From NCBI GenBank assembly GCA_023247445.1, contig JAHFGL010000010.1, positions 1-60,374 on the forward strand: a stretch of 60,374 bases of DNA, in the 5' to 3' direction. The translations under genes were made by a program, and so were the position numbers. The stretch is from Candidatus Omnitrophota bacterium. GTDB lineage: Bacteria; Omnitrophota; Gorgyraeia; Zapsychrales; Zapsychraceae. Shown piece by piece: positions 9,594 through 18,668 of this stretch. The notes under the pieces were generated by a model, which was given only the letters and a program-made list of their open reading frames with translations, made no database searches and had not been told where the DNA came from. Positions within the stretch are counted from its first letter, which is position 1, and each line of letters opens with the position of its first letter.

Positions 9594-11602
9594 TATCGAC
9601 CTTTCTTTACGGTTTTTGGAAGTTCTGGATTCGGGCCTTTTAATTCCTTAATTTTATCTCGAATTAATGCGGCCTTTTCAAATTGCAAATTCCGTGCGGC
9701 CTGCTCCATATCGTTCTCTAAACGCGAAATAAAACTCGCTAGCTCAAATTCTTCCTTATCTTGCCCAACGGATGACAAAACTAGCTCTTCTGCTTCTTCC
9801 TCCGCCAGTTCTTCAATGCCATTGCGGATTGCCTTCTTGATCGTTTGCGGGGTAATGTTATGATCTTTATTAAATTTTGTTTGAATTTCTCGACGGCGAT
9901 CGCATTCGCCAATGGTTGCCTTCATCGCCTGGCTTATTGTATCAGCATACATGATGACAAGGCCATCGATATTTCGCGCCGCGCGACCGGAGACTTGAAT
10001 CAAAGAAGTTTGGGAACGCAAAAATCCTTCCTTATCCGCATCAAAGATCGCAACTAGCGATACCTCCGGTAAATCGAGTCCTTCACGAAGTAAATTGACG
10101 CCAATCAAACAATCAAACTTTTTCTGACGCAATTCTTTGAGAATTTTTGTTCTGTCAATTGTTTCAATATCAGAATGAAGATATTTAACCTTGAGTCCTT
10201 TTTCCGCTAAATATTCTGTCAGGTCTTCCGACATTTTTTTAGTTAAGGTCGTTGCCAAGACCCGCTGATTAATCTTGGCACGTTTCTGTACTTCCTTCAC
10301 AAAATCATCAATCTGACCTTTGGTGGGGCGAACCTCAATCGGCGGATCTACAATTCCTGTTGGACGAATAATTTGCTCAATGATATTTCGTTGCCCGCTT
10401 TCCTTGCGTTCAAATGGGCTCGGCGTTGCCGAGACATAAATTCGCGGGCCAATAATCGAGGTAAATTCATCAAACTTAAGCGGTCGATTATCTAAACACG
10501 ATGGCAAACGAAATCCATAATCAACCAACATCTGTTTACGGGCGCGATCACCCGCATACATCCCATGAAGTTGCGGGATCGTGACATGCGATTCATCAAT
10601 GAGCGTAATAAAATCTTTAGGGAAATAATCAATCAAGCACGACGGCCGGCTGCCCGGCGGACGGTCAGATAAAACACGCGAATAATTTTCAATCCCGTGA
10701 CAATACCCCATCTCTTTCATCATTTCCATATCATAACGCGTGCGTGAATTAAGACGCTGAGCTTCGGCTAATTTACCCAACTTATTTAACTGCGTCAAAC
10801 GTTCTTTAAGTTCATCTTCAATTAAACTTAAAGCAGCCTCAATGCGCGGTTGTGAAATAATAAAATGTTTGGCCGGATACACAGCCACTTGATCGACTTC
10901 GCTGATTTCATTTCCTGAAACGGGATCAATCTGAGAAATCTTTTCTATCTTATCGCCAAAAAATTGAATTCTAATCGCATCCTGGCGATACGCTGGATAA
11001 ACCTCAACCACTTCACCGCGCACTCGTATTTTCCCTCGGCTAAAATCATAATCGTTACGCTCATATTGAATGTCGATTAACTTCATGAGCACTTGATCAC
11101 GGTCAATTTCTTCTCCTTTAGATAAGTAAACTAAAAATTCTTTATAGTCATCTGGCGAACCCAAGTTATAAATGCAGGAAACACTCGCGACAATAATCAC
11201 GTCGTGTCGCGACATTAACGAAGTTGTTGAGGAAAGTCGTAGACGATCTAACCGATCATTGATCGAAGAGTCTTTCTCAATATAAATATCAGTTTGTGGA
11301 ATATACGCTTCGGGCTGGTAATAATCGTAATAGCTAACAAAATATTCAACAGCATTGTGAGGGAAAAATTCTTTAAACTCGCTATAAAGTTGGGCGGCGA
11401 GAGTTTTATTATGCGAGATAACTAAGGTGGGACGATTAATCTTCTCAATGACATTGGCGAGGGTGAAGGTCTTTCCGCTCCCAGTGACCCCTAAAAGAAC
11501 TTGAGATCCTTCACCGCGCTTAATGCCATCGACTAATTTATCAAGAGCGCCTATTTGTTCAACAACCGGCTTAAAACGACTCTTAAGGAGGAACTTCTCC
11601 AT
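9593..11602 (-). CDS. uvrB: Excinuclease ABC subunit B
   Basis: LLGVTGSGKTFT, SYYDYYQPEAY, LLREGLDLPEVS, C-terminal UVR domain. Confidence 0.99.
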   Translation of the reverse strand: MEKFLLKSRFKPVVEQIGALDKLVDGIKRGEGSQVLLGVTGSGKTFTLANVIEKINRPTLVISHNKTLAAQLYSEFKEFFPHNAVEYFVSYYDYYQPEAYIPQTDIYIEKDSSINDRLDRLRLSSTTSLMSRHDVIIVASVSCIYNLGSPDDYKEFLVYLSKGEEIDRDQVLMKLIDIQYERNDYDFSRGKIRVRGEVVEVYPAYRQDAIRIQFFGDKIEKISQIDPVSGNEISEVDQVAVYPAKHFIISQPRIEAALSLIEDELKERLTQLNKLGKLAEAQRLNSRTRYDMEMMKEMGYCHGIENYSRVLSDRPPGSRPSCLIDYFPKDFITLIDESHVTIPQLHGMYAGDRARKQMLVDYGFRLPSCLDNRPLKFDEFTSIIGPRIYVSATPSPFERKESGQRNIIEQIIRPTGIVDPPIEVRPTKGQIDDFVKEVQKRAKINQRVLATTLTKKMSEDLTEYLAEKGLKVKYLHSDIETIDRTKILKELRQKKFDCLIGVNLLREGLDLPEVSLVAIFDADKEGFLRSQTSLIQVSGRAARNIDGLVIMYADTISQAMKATIGECDRRREIQTKFNKDHNITPQTIKKAIRNGIEELAEEEAEELVLSSVGQDKEEFELASFISRLENDMEQAARNLQFEKAALIRDKIKELKGPNPELPKTVKKGR

Positions 11603-11603
11603 G

Positions 11604-12056
11604 TTATTTCAAAAGCTGGTCAATGCGTTTAAAGACACGTTCGACGAAATGATCGCTGCGGTATTTATAAAAGTTTTTAACGGACATCGAGTTGACAGTA
11701 ACATAACGAATCTCAACCTCTGTCGAATTATCTGTGCCTTCGCGGAGATAAACATTAATGCGGGAATATTTCGTTCCGACGAAAAACGATGTCTGCTTAA
11801 GTTCAGTGAAAAGAAGAATTTGTTGCCCTGGGGTATGTTCTGATCCTTCAGCGCGTTCAAAAACCGATGGGGCTGAGGTGCTGGCAATTCTCCAGCCATA
11901 TTCCTCAAGGGTCTTTTTCGTTGCATCTAAAATGTCATCAAAGTTTCCATAGAAACTCTTCTTATAAGGATGTTTGTCTTGAATATAGTTGGGGACGTTG
12001 ACACTTGCACATCCAGCGAGAAGAAAAACAAGAAATAATGGTAAGAGTCTTTTCAT
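11604..12056 (-). CDS. Hypothetical lipoprotein
   Basis: Lipobox LLAGC after a hydrophobic signal; operonic spacing. Confidence 0.75.
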   Translation of the reverse strand: MKRLLPLFLVFLLAGCASVNVPNYIQDKHPYKKSFYGNFDDILDATKKTLEEYGWRIASTSAPSVFERAEGSEHTPGQQILLFTELKQTSFFVGTKYSRINVYLREGTDNSTEVEIRYVTVNSMSVKNFYKYRSDHFVERVFKRIDQLLK

Positions 12057-12371
12057 CTAACAAATTTTGCCGTGTTTATATGGTCTATTTTTATTTTTAA
12101 GGCATTTCTGATGAATCTCTTCTTCAATATCAATCTTTAACCCGCCACATAAATCTAATAAACGAATAAATGTATCCGCTAACTCTTCTTTAAAATTAGC
12201 TTGGTCTTGATGACGATGGGCCTCCATCGCCTCGGCTAGCTCGGTTACAATGAGCATGAGGGCCTCTCCAATATTACGATCCTTCTCCCAAAAACCTTTT
12301 TCAACCGCAATCGAGTGGCAAATCTGTGCCAATTCATTTAATGATCTTCCTTTAATTTCTGTGTTTTGCAA
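12057..12371 (-). CDS. MazG-like NTP pyrophosphohydrolase
   Basis: TELAEAMEA ... EELAD motif. Confidence 0.8.
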   Translation of the reverse strand: MQNTEIKGRSLNELAQICHSIAVEKGFWEKDRNIGEALMLIVTELAEAMEAHRHQDQANFKEELADTFIRLLDLCGGLKIDIEEEIHQKCLKNKNRPYKHGKIC

Positions 12372-13041
12372 GGAACTCCTCCATGTCTTTAGGTAAATCT
12401 GATTCGATAGTTATTATTTTATGTGTTATCGGATGCGGCCACTCTAAACGTGCTGCGTGTAGTGCTGTGCGCCGGAATGTTATATTATATTCACGTGCAA
12501 TGGAATATTTCCGATCCCCTACGAGCGGATGACCAATCTCAGCAAACTGAATACGGATCTGATTGGTTCGTCCCGTTAACGGTTCAACCTCAATTACGCT
12601 GTAGGAACTTTTCGTTTCAATCGCTTTATAACGTGTAATGGCAAATTTTGCTTTTGAATTTCGTTGAAATTTCTTTTGATCTAAATCGCGAATGGCGCTA
12701 CGCAACTCACCTGTATTTTTCACCAATCGTCCCTGAACAAATGCAATATAAAATTTTTTAATACGCTGATGCTTAAATTCTTCCATCATCAGCTGTTGAT
12801 GGTGTTTGCCTTTGGCAAAAATGATTGCTCCCGAGGTCTCGCGGTCAAGCCGATGACATGGATGCAAACGCCAATCTTTATTTAAGGCGTACTGATGATT
12901 AACAATATTAACCAGGGTGTTCGACTCATTTTTATCCGTTGGGATAACTAATAACCCTGATGGTTTGTCAAAGACGATAAAAGCCTCATCTTCGTAAAGA
13001 ATCGGAATTGGCTTTTTAAGATAATGGGCCGCATCTTGCAC
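12352..13041 (-). CDS. RluA-family RNA pseudouridine synthase
   Basis: KPSGLLV, HRLDRETSG, TGRTNQIR, GHPLVGD..Y. Confidence 0.93.
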   Translation of the reverse strand: MQDAAHYLKKPIPILYEDEAFIVFDKPSGLLVIPTDKNESNTLVNIVNHQYALNKDWRLHPCHRLDRETSGAIIFAKGKHHQQLMMEEFKHQRIKKFYIAFVQGRLVKNTGELRSAIRDLDQKKFQRNSKAKFAITRYKAIETKSSYSVIEVEPLTGRTNQIRIQFAEIGHPLVGDRKYSIAREYNITFRRTALHAARLEWPHPITHKIITIESDLPKDMEEFLAKHRN

Positions 13042-13071
13042 TAAGTTTTATTAAGCGCGTTACTCAAAAAT

Positions 13072-13236
13072 TTAAGGATTTTCTTCCTTCTTTGAGTAAT
13101 CCTGCTCCTGTAATAACGTGGTCAAATGATTTAGTTTGCGAATAATAATGATGGGAAAAGCGACAATCCATATTTGAAATGCAAGTGAAAGGATAACCTG
13201 TAGTGGTGAGAAGCTAACGCTGATTGAATTTTCCAT
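13072..13236 (-). CDS. Small single-TM protein (54 aa), not in ORF track
   Basis: MENSISVSFSPLQVILSLAFQIWIVAFPIIIIRKLNHLTTLLQEQDYSKKEENP*; GAAAGGGA SD. Confidence 0.65.
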   Translation of the reverse strand: MENSISVSFSPLQVILSLAFQIWIVAFPIIIIRKLNHLTTLLQEQDYSKKEENP

Positions 13237-13287
13237 TAATTATCCCTTTCAAGAATAATCGAAGGTTTTTGATCCGCTGGCTTTAGA

Positions 13288-13668
13288 TTAAAGTTTTTGT
13301 TTATGATCTTGCTCTAAGGACGAACTCACATAATCAGCAATGCTTTCAGCATCACGCTGGGAAATATCGTTAAAGAAAATCGCAATATTATAGGCATTAT
13401 CAGCGAGGATTTTTTCTGTACGAACAATCGCTCCCTGACAGGTTATCTTTTTCGAAGTACTTTTTCCATTTTTCTTAATCGGAAGAAGAAGATTAATCTT
13501 AAGCTTTGTCATCGGCTCAATATATTTCTCAACCCGGCAATACGCACCCGAACGGCTGATATTAGCTGTTTGCGTAACAATATCACCGTCATCATGAAAA
13601 ATCTTCAAGGGAACATTATTGTATAATCGGGGATCACGACGTCGTTCTTGGGAAGACTTCTGACTCAT
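13288..13668 (-). CDS. PilZ-domain protein
   Basis: RxxxR (ERRRDPR) and NxSxxG (NISRSG). Confidence 0.85.
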   Translation of the reverse strand: MSQKSSQERRRDPRLYNNVPLKIFHDDGDIVTQTANISRSGAYCRVEKYIEPMTKLKINLLLPIKKNGKSTSKKITCQGAIVRTEKILADNAYNIAIFFNDISQRDAESIADYVSSSLEQDHKQKL

Positions 13669-13682
13669 AAAGCGAATATCCT

Positions 13683-13859
13683 TTATTTAGCTTCTTCGGT
13701 TACTTCTGCGGGAGCCGCTTCTTTGACATTAACTTTGTGATAGCAATTCTTATTACAATAATAAGCGCCATTACGATAATAGCGTCGGGCTCTCTTCATA
13801 ACTTTTTTACATGCGGGACAATTTTTACTTACTTCTTTAGTTTCTGTTTGCTCTGCCAT
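13683..13859 (-). CDS. Small Cys-rich (TRASH/YHS-like zinc finger) protein, 58 aa, not in ORF track
   Basis: MAEQTETKEVSKNCPACKKVMKRARRYYRNGAYYCNKNCYHKVNVKEAAPAEVTEEAK*; CxxC...CxxxC; AAAGGAG SD. Confidence 0.75.
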   Translation of the reverse strand: MAEQTETKEVSKNCPACKKVMKRARRYYRNGAYYCNKNCYHKVNVKEAAPAEVTEEAK

Positions 13860-13895
13860 GATAAACCTAAACTCCTTTCACCACCAACCGTTAAC

Positions 13896-14258
13896 TTATA
13901 ATTTATTTCTTAAATAACTATCAAGAAATTTGTGAATCTCTTGTTTTGCATCAAATAACGAGTCCGTACTTTCAAATTTTAATCCCGCCTGATAACGTTC
14001 CGCATGGGGAAGTTGCTCAACCCACATGACGCGCCCACGACACTCCACAACCTTTTCATGAGTCAATTGAACTGAAAGGGTAACTTCGGTATTGACTGGG
14101 ATAAAATTACTGACATTAATGCGAATTCCTTCTTCACTAATATCGGTAGAAAGACAACCGCCAAAATCATTCGAATCTTTAAAACGGTATTGAACGGGTT
14201 CTTTAAGCGAAACCCGCTTAAATTGCCTACGTTCATCAATCTTTTCTGACCCCTCCAT
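13896..14258 (-). CDS. PilZ-domain protein
   Basis: ERRQFKR and DISEEG; likely ATG 14258 with AAGGAG SD. Confidence 0.85.
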   Translation of the reverse strand: MEGSEKIDERRQFKRVSLKEPVQYRFKDSNDFGGCLSTDISEEGIRINVSNFIPVNTEVTLSVQLTHEKVVECRGRVMWVEQLPHAERYQAGLKFESTDSLFDAKQEIHKFLDSYLRNKL

Positions 14259-14314
14259 GCTTAAATCTCCCTTGATCCTAAGAGCGAGAGCTTTCACGCT
14301 ATTGGATGTGGTGC

Positions 14315-14342
14315 ATTATAGCATAATTGTTTTTAGTGACAA
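14315..14342 (-). promoter_or_regulatory. Promoter of the PilZ cluster
   Basis: TTGTCA, 16 nt, TGn-TATAAT. Confidence 0.6.
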
Positions 14343-14416
14343 TTAGTTTTTTGGGCTACCTATATAGGAGGGACACAAGATTTTGGACCCTCCCTAACCA
14401 GGCCTAAAAATCATAT

Positions 14417-14445
14417 TTTACCAAATATAATGATCATGCTATAAT
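14417..14445 (+). promoter_or_regulatory. Divergent promoter of the exeA-like gene (leaderless)
   Basis: TTTACC, 17 nt, TGn-TATAAT (14440-14445); ATG 14453 is 7 nt downstream with no SD. Confidence 0.55.
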
Positions 14446-14452
14446 GCGCTCC

Positions 14453-15271
14453 ATGTATAAAGAGTTTTATCAACTAAAAGAAGACCCTTTTAATATCACC
14501 GCTGACCCTGACTTCTTTTTTTCCAGCGCACGACATGCTGAGGCGTTCTCCCATCTGACTTACGGGATTAAACAACGTAAAGGCATCCTTGTGGTCACCG
14601 GAGAAATTGGAACGGGCAAAACCACTCTTTGTCGAACCCTTTTAAATCGCCTGGATGAAAATATAAAGACGGCCTTAATTTTAAATCCAACCTTTTCTGA
14701 TCTACAACTTCTACAACTTATTCTAAAAGATTTAGGAATCAAGGCCCCTTTAAAAAACAAATTTGCACTTATCGATGCCCTCAACGAATTTCTATTAAAC
14801 GAAACAAATTTAGGTCACAACGTTGTCATGATTATTGATGAAGCCCAAAATCTGGGGGTCAAGCAACTAGAGCAAATTCGCCTACTCTCAAATTTGGAAA
14901 CCGAAAAACAAAAACTCCTTCAAATCATCCTTGTCGGCCAACCAGAACTATTAGATAAATTAAAGCTTGTATCGTTACGACAGTTAAACCAACGTATTGC
15001 GGTGCGTTATCACATCCTTCCCTTAGATCGCTCTGAACTTCAGCAATATATTCAGCATCGTTTAAAAATTGCTCAAGTTTCTAATAAATCGAACCGTCAT
15101 TTACAGTTTACAGATGACGCTGTTGAAGCGATTTATGCACTTTCAAATGGAACACCGCGCATGGTCAATATCCTTTGTGACCGGGCGCTTTTGGCAGGAT
15201 TTGTTCAAGAGACGTGGACGATTGATAAAAATATTGTCTATAAGTGTGCGCAGGAGGTAGTTCATCAATGA
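14453..15271 (+). CDS. ExeA/GspA-like AAA+ ATPase (secretion/pilus associated)
   Basis: MY..FY.L...PF..T.DP.F, GEIGTGKTT, IIDEAQNL, LVGQPEL, G.PR.VN.LCDRALL. Confidence 0.9.
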   Translation: MYKEFYQLKEDPFNITADPDFFFSSARHAEAFSHLTYGIKQRKGILVVTGEIGTGKTTLCRTLLNRLDENIKTALILNPTFSDLQLLQLILKDLGIKAPLKNKFALIDALNEFLLNETNLGHNVVMIIDEAQNLGVKQLEQIRLLSNLETEKQKLLQIILVGQPELLDKLKLVSLRQLNQRIAVRYHILPLDRSELQQYIQHRLKIAQVSNKSNRHLQFTDDAVEAIYALSNGTPRMVNILCDRALLAGFVQETWTIDKNIVYKCAQEVVHQ

Positions 15272-15807
15272 GCATCATCAACGACGCCCTTAAAAAAGTT
15301 CAAACAAACTTAGTAAAGAAAGAACAAAAAGAGCCGCCAACAAATAAAGTTGATATCTACGCGAAACTTCATAAACCCAGAGAACCGCAGCCTCCTCAAG
15401 ATCCATCCACAACAGTTAACACAAATCCTATTTTAGAAAAGCCTGAATCTTCTCCGGTAACACTGCCTATTTTGATTGGGGCCTTCACGCTTATTATTGG
15501 ATTTCTCTTGGCTGTCTTAATATTTGTTTCAAATCCAGCTCTCATGAAATCAAAAACGGTCAGCTCTGCCCCAGCGGCATCAACAGTTGAGCCCACAGTT
15601 ACCCCTCCCAAAGTTTATGGCAAAGATGAATTTGTTTTAAGTGGAATTATGATGATGGGAGATAAACGCGTGGCTTTGATCAACAATGATATTTATGAGA
15701 CAGGAGAAACAATCCAAGGCAGGAAGATTATCAATATTACCTTCGATAAAGTTGAACTTCAAGACGGCCAAAAAATCATTGAATTAAGCGTCCGCAAAAG
15801 TAAATAA
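15268..15807 (+). CDS. GspB/ExeB-like single-TM protein
   Basis: MSIINDALKK N-terminus, TM, C-terminal LSGI...RVALIN...Y..GE.I; ATGA overlap with exeA. Confidence 0.7.
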   Translation: MSIINDALKKVQTNLVKKEQKEPPTNKVDIYAKLHKPREPQPPQDPSTTVNTNPILEKPESSPVTLPILIGAFTLIIGFLLAVLIFVSNPALMKSKTVSSAPAASTVEPTVTPPKVYGKDEFVLSGIMMMGDKRVALINNDIYETGETIQGRKIINITFDKVELQDGQKIIELSVRKSK

Positions 15808-15814
15808 AAAAAGA

Positions 15815-16900
15815 TTAGCGATACGCGTTAATGGCTTTTTCAATAACAGGTAAAGAAATTCCTTCTACGACCTTCACCTTCCCAATCTGAGTTGCTAGAA
15901 CAAACCGATTCTTCCCGGCAATAAATTTTTTATCATGTCGCATAATACGTAAAATATCTGCCACCTTAATCTCTCTTATCTTCTGTGGTAATCCTATCTT
16001 TGATAAAAGATTGTTTAAGCGTAAACTATCATTTACCTTAAACATTTTAAGCTGACAAGAAATATGTGCGGCCACCCTCATCCCCAAAGCGATCGCTTCT
16101 CCATGATGATAGAGATGATATTTTCCAGCAGCCTCAATAGCGTGACCAATGGTGTGTCCAAAATTAAGAATCGTGCGGATGCCTTTGGTTTCCTTTTCAT
16201 CCGCAAGGACTACCGCTGTTTTGATTTGACTGCTGGAAAGAACAACATGAGCTAAAACCGAAATATCGCCAGCGACAAGGGTTTTGACATTCTTCTCAAT
16301 GTAATTAAATAACTTTTGGTCGTAGATGACGCCATATTTAACCGCCTCCGCTAACCCATTTCGAATCTGACGCACGCTTAATGTTTTTAAAACAGTGACA
16401 TCCGTAAAAACCAATTTGGGTTGATAGAACGCGCCAACTAAGTTCTTTCCAACGGGCAGATCCACCGCGGTCTTGCCACCAATAGCCGAATCAATCTGAG
16501 CCAGAAATGTTGTTGGAATTTGAATGTAAGGAATTCCTCGTTTATAAATAGCCGCGACAAAGCCCGATAAATCACCGATCACCCCGCCGCCTAAAGCGAC
16601 AATAAAAACTTTTTTCATCACATCATAATGGGCCAGCTTTTCTAAAAGCGTAAAGGCCGTTTTTACCGACTTACTTTGCTCGCCATCAGGCACTTCTAAA
16701 ACTTTTACGGCAAATCCATTTCGCTTAAGACTGTCGATAACCCTTTTTCCATGCAATTTATTGATGACAGAACTTGTAATAATAATAGCATCGGCCCCAA
16801 GCTTCAAACTTTTACAGGCTGGGCCTATTTCTGATAAATTTCCAGTTCCAATAACAATATTGTAAGGATTATTCTTTAGCGAAACTTTTACTGTGCTCAT
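15815..16900 (-). CDS. aroB: 3-dehydroquinate synthase
   Basis: GGGVIGDLSGF, PTTFLAQIDSAIGGKT, LNFGHTIGHAIE. Confidence 0.97.
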   Translation of the reverse strand: MSTVKVSLKNNPYNIVIGTGNLSEIGPACKSLKLGADAIIITSSVINKLHGKRVIDSLKRNGFAVKVLEVPDGEQSKSVKTAFTLLEKLAHYDVMKKVFIVALGGGVIGDLSGFVAAIYKRGIPYIQIPTTFLAQIDSAIGGKTAVDLPVGKNLVGAFYQPKLVFTDVTVLKTLSVRQIRNGLAEAVKYGVIYDQKLFNYIEKNVKTLVAGDISVLAHVVLSSSQIKTAVVLADEKETKGIRTILNFGHTIGHAIEAAGKYHLYHHGEAIALGMRVAAHISCQLKMFKVNDSLRLNNLLSKIGLPQKIREIKVADILRIMRHDKKFIAGKNRFVLATQIGKVKVVEGISLPVIEKAINAYR

Positions 16901-17559
16901 TAGAAGTTTACCCCTAATAAATGACCGGCATATTTGACGACCGGCAAAACCAATGTATCGAATAAACCAAGATAAAGAAAAAGGACGACGACAATAATGA
17001 TGCCATAGCGTTCTAATTGTGCATATTGAGCGGCATAACGATTAGGCAGAATTCCCATGACCACACGTGAACCATCTAGTGGTGGAATAGGAATTAAATT
17101 AAAGAAAGCTAGTATAAGGTTTATGAAGATGGCGGAAACCAACAAATCAAAATTTCCAAAAGATATGGTTGATTGATTCAATCTCAATATTTGGCTAAAT
17201 ATAATCGCCAAAAGAATGTTGATGGCTGGTCCAGCGAGGGCCACCAAAATCATATCCCGTTTAGGATTGTTTAAGCGATTAAAACTAACAGGAACTGGTT
17301 TCGCCCAACCAAAAACAAATGTATTTAATCCCATCGCCTGCAAAAAAATCAAAATTCCCGGCAGTAAAACTGTTCCAACCGGGTCAATGTGTTTTATTGG
17401 ATTAAGTGTTAATCGTCCGGCATTCTTTGCCGTCGGATCACCCAACTTATACGCCACCCATCCATGCGCGTATTCGTGTAAGATCACCGCTGATCCAACA
17501 ATCACCGCTAATTTTAAAATCCACTCAACTTTATCCCATGATAAGGATTCAATAGACAT
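16900..17559 (-). CDS. Site-2 protease family (M50) metalloprotease
   Basis: HEYAH and NLIPIPPLDG. Confidence 0.93.
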   Translation of the reverse strand: MSIESLSWDKVEWILKLAVIVGSAVILHEYAHGWVAYKLGDPTAKNAGRLTLNPIKHIDPVGTVLLPGILIFLQAMGLNTFVFGWAKPVPVSFNRLNNPKRDMILVALAGPAINILLAIIFSQILRLNQSTISFGNFDLLVSAIFINLILAFFNLIPIPPLDGSRVVMGILPNRYAAQYAQLERYGIIIVVVLFLYLGLFDTLVLPVVKYAGHLLGVNF

Positions 17560-17564
17560 ATTAA

Positions 17565-18362
17565 TTATAAAACTAATTGTATTCGTGAAATAGTTAACAA
17601 CGGGTGCATCGTTTGATTTTGATCATCTTTTTTAACAAATCCTTCAATCTTAACTTTGTAATATCCCCACTTATCAAGAAAATCTTTGAGGCCCTGGATA
17701 TAATAGGCCGGATGTCCGTCAATGATCAGTTGATATGAAATCTCTGGTGATGTGGAATCTTTACTAGGTTCGAGATACCCCGTCACAGAAACAACTTCTA
17801 ACTTTTCAATCTTTTGTTCTTGAACCGAGGGCGTTGGTAGAGAACTTACCGCTACCTCTTGTTTTCCCCTTTGGGTCGCGACGTAACTACTAATATCTTT
17901 TGATTTAAAAGAGACGAAATCCTGCGCAAGCCAGCCAAAACTTTCTTCAAGCGGTTCAATTTTGTACCAACCTGGTAACTTTTCTATAATATGGATTTGC
18001 GTTCCAAGCAAGACCTGCCCCAAGCTTGAGGCGTCGACATTAGTACTGGCGCGAATATTGACGCGATTGGCCGTGACTTCTCCTTTGGCCATATTAATGA
18101 TCTTAACGTATTTATCGCTGATAAAACTATTAGCTGTTTTAGGTAATTTGATTTTGTACCAACTGTAACTCTTATCGACAACAATAACTTCATCACCCTT
18201 TTTTAGTCGACAAATTTTTTCAAAATTGGCACTTTGTCCAGCGCGGACATTGACATTATCGGATGTAACTTCGGCTACAAATGGAAAATCCCCAGACTGT
18301 GCTTCTACTGTCAAAGGCAACAAGTAGAAGAAACATAGTATGGGGATAATCCGAAGAAACAT
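17565..18362 (-). CDS. Secreted tandem SH3b-domain protein
   Basis: Signal peptide; two VNVR/VNIR...WYKI repeats. Confidence 0.8.
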   Translation of the reverse strand: MFLRIIPILCFFYLLPLTVEAQSGDFPFVAEVTSDNVNVRAGQSANFEKICRLKKGDEVIVVDKSYSWYKIKLPKTANSFISDKYVKIINMAKGEVTANRVNIRASTNVDASSLGQVLLGTQIHIIEKLPGWYKIEPLEESFGWLAQDFVSFKSKDISSYVATQRGKQEVAVSSLPTPSVQEQKIEKLEVVSVTGYLEPSKDSTSPEISYQLIIDGHPAYYIQGLKDFLDKWGYYKVKIEGFVKKDDQNQTMHPLLTISRIQLVL

Positions 18363-18386
18363 AGGATGGGAAATGTTATTGATTAA

Positions 18387-18668
18387 CTATTTCTTAGCTT
18401 CGGCTTTTCCTGCTGGAGCTTTAGCCGCTGGAGCTTTTCCCGCAGTAGCTGGAGTAGCCGCGGCACCTTCAGCAGCACCCTCTTCCTTAGCCTTAACTGT
18501 CTTTTTGGCTTTAATCTTAATAATCTTTGTTTTAGGAAGACCAACCACTGACTGCTTGTCAGACCAAAGATCTTTTTTCATCATTTCTTTAATACGCTCG
18601 ATGCGTGTTAAAACATTTCGTTGCTGCGAATCAGCACTATCAACTCTTAATGATGGATGTAGAGACAT
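18387..18668 (-). CDS. Small basic protein, PVC-superphylum signature protein family, with Ala/Lys tail
   Basis: MSLHPSL...RNVLTR.ERI......W....S..GLPK pattern recognised from memory. Confidence 0.75.
   Translation of the reverse strand: MSLHPSLRVDSADSQQRNVLTRIERIKEMMKKDLWSDKQSVVGLPKTKIIKIKAKKTVKAKEEGAAEGAAATPATAGKAPAAKAPAGKAEAKK

Noticed and set aside
14259-14310. Possible c-di-GMP riboswitch in the PilZ gene leader
   Set aside because: The leader is only about 50 nt with one weak hairpin, and the two-stem GEMM architecture is not visible.
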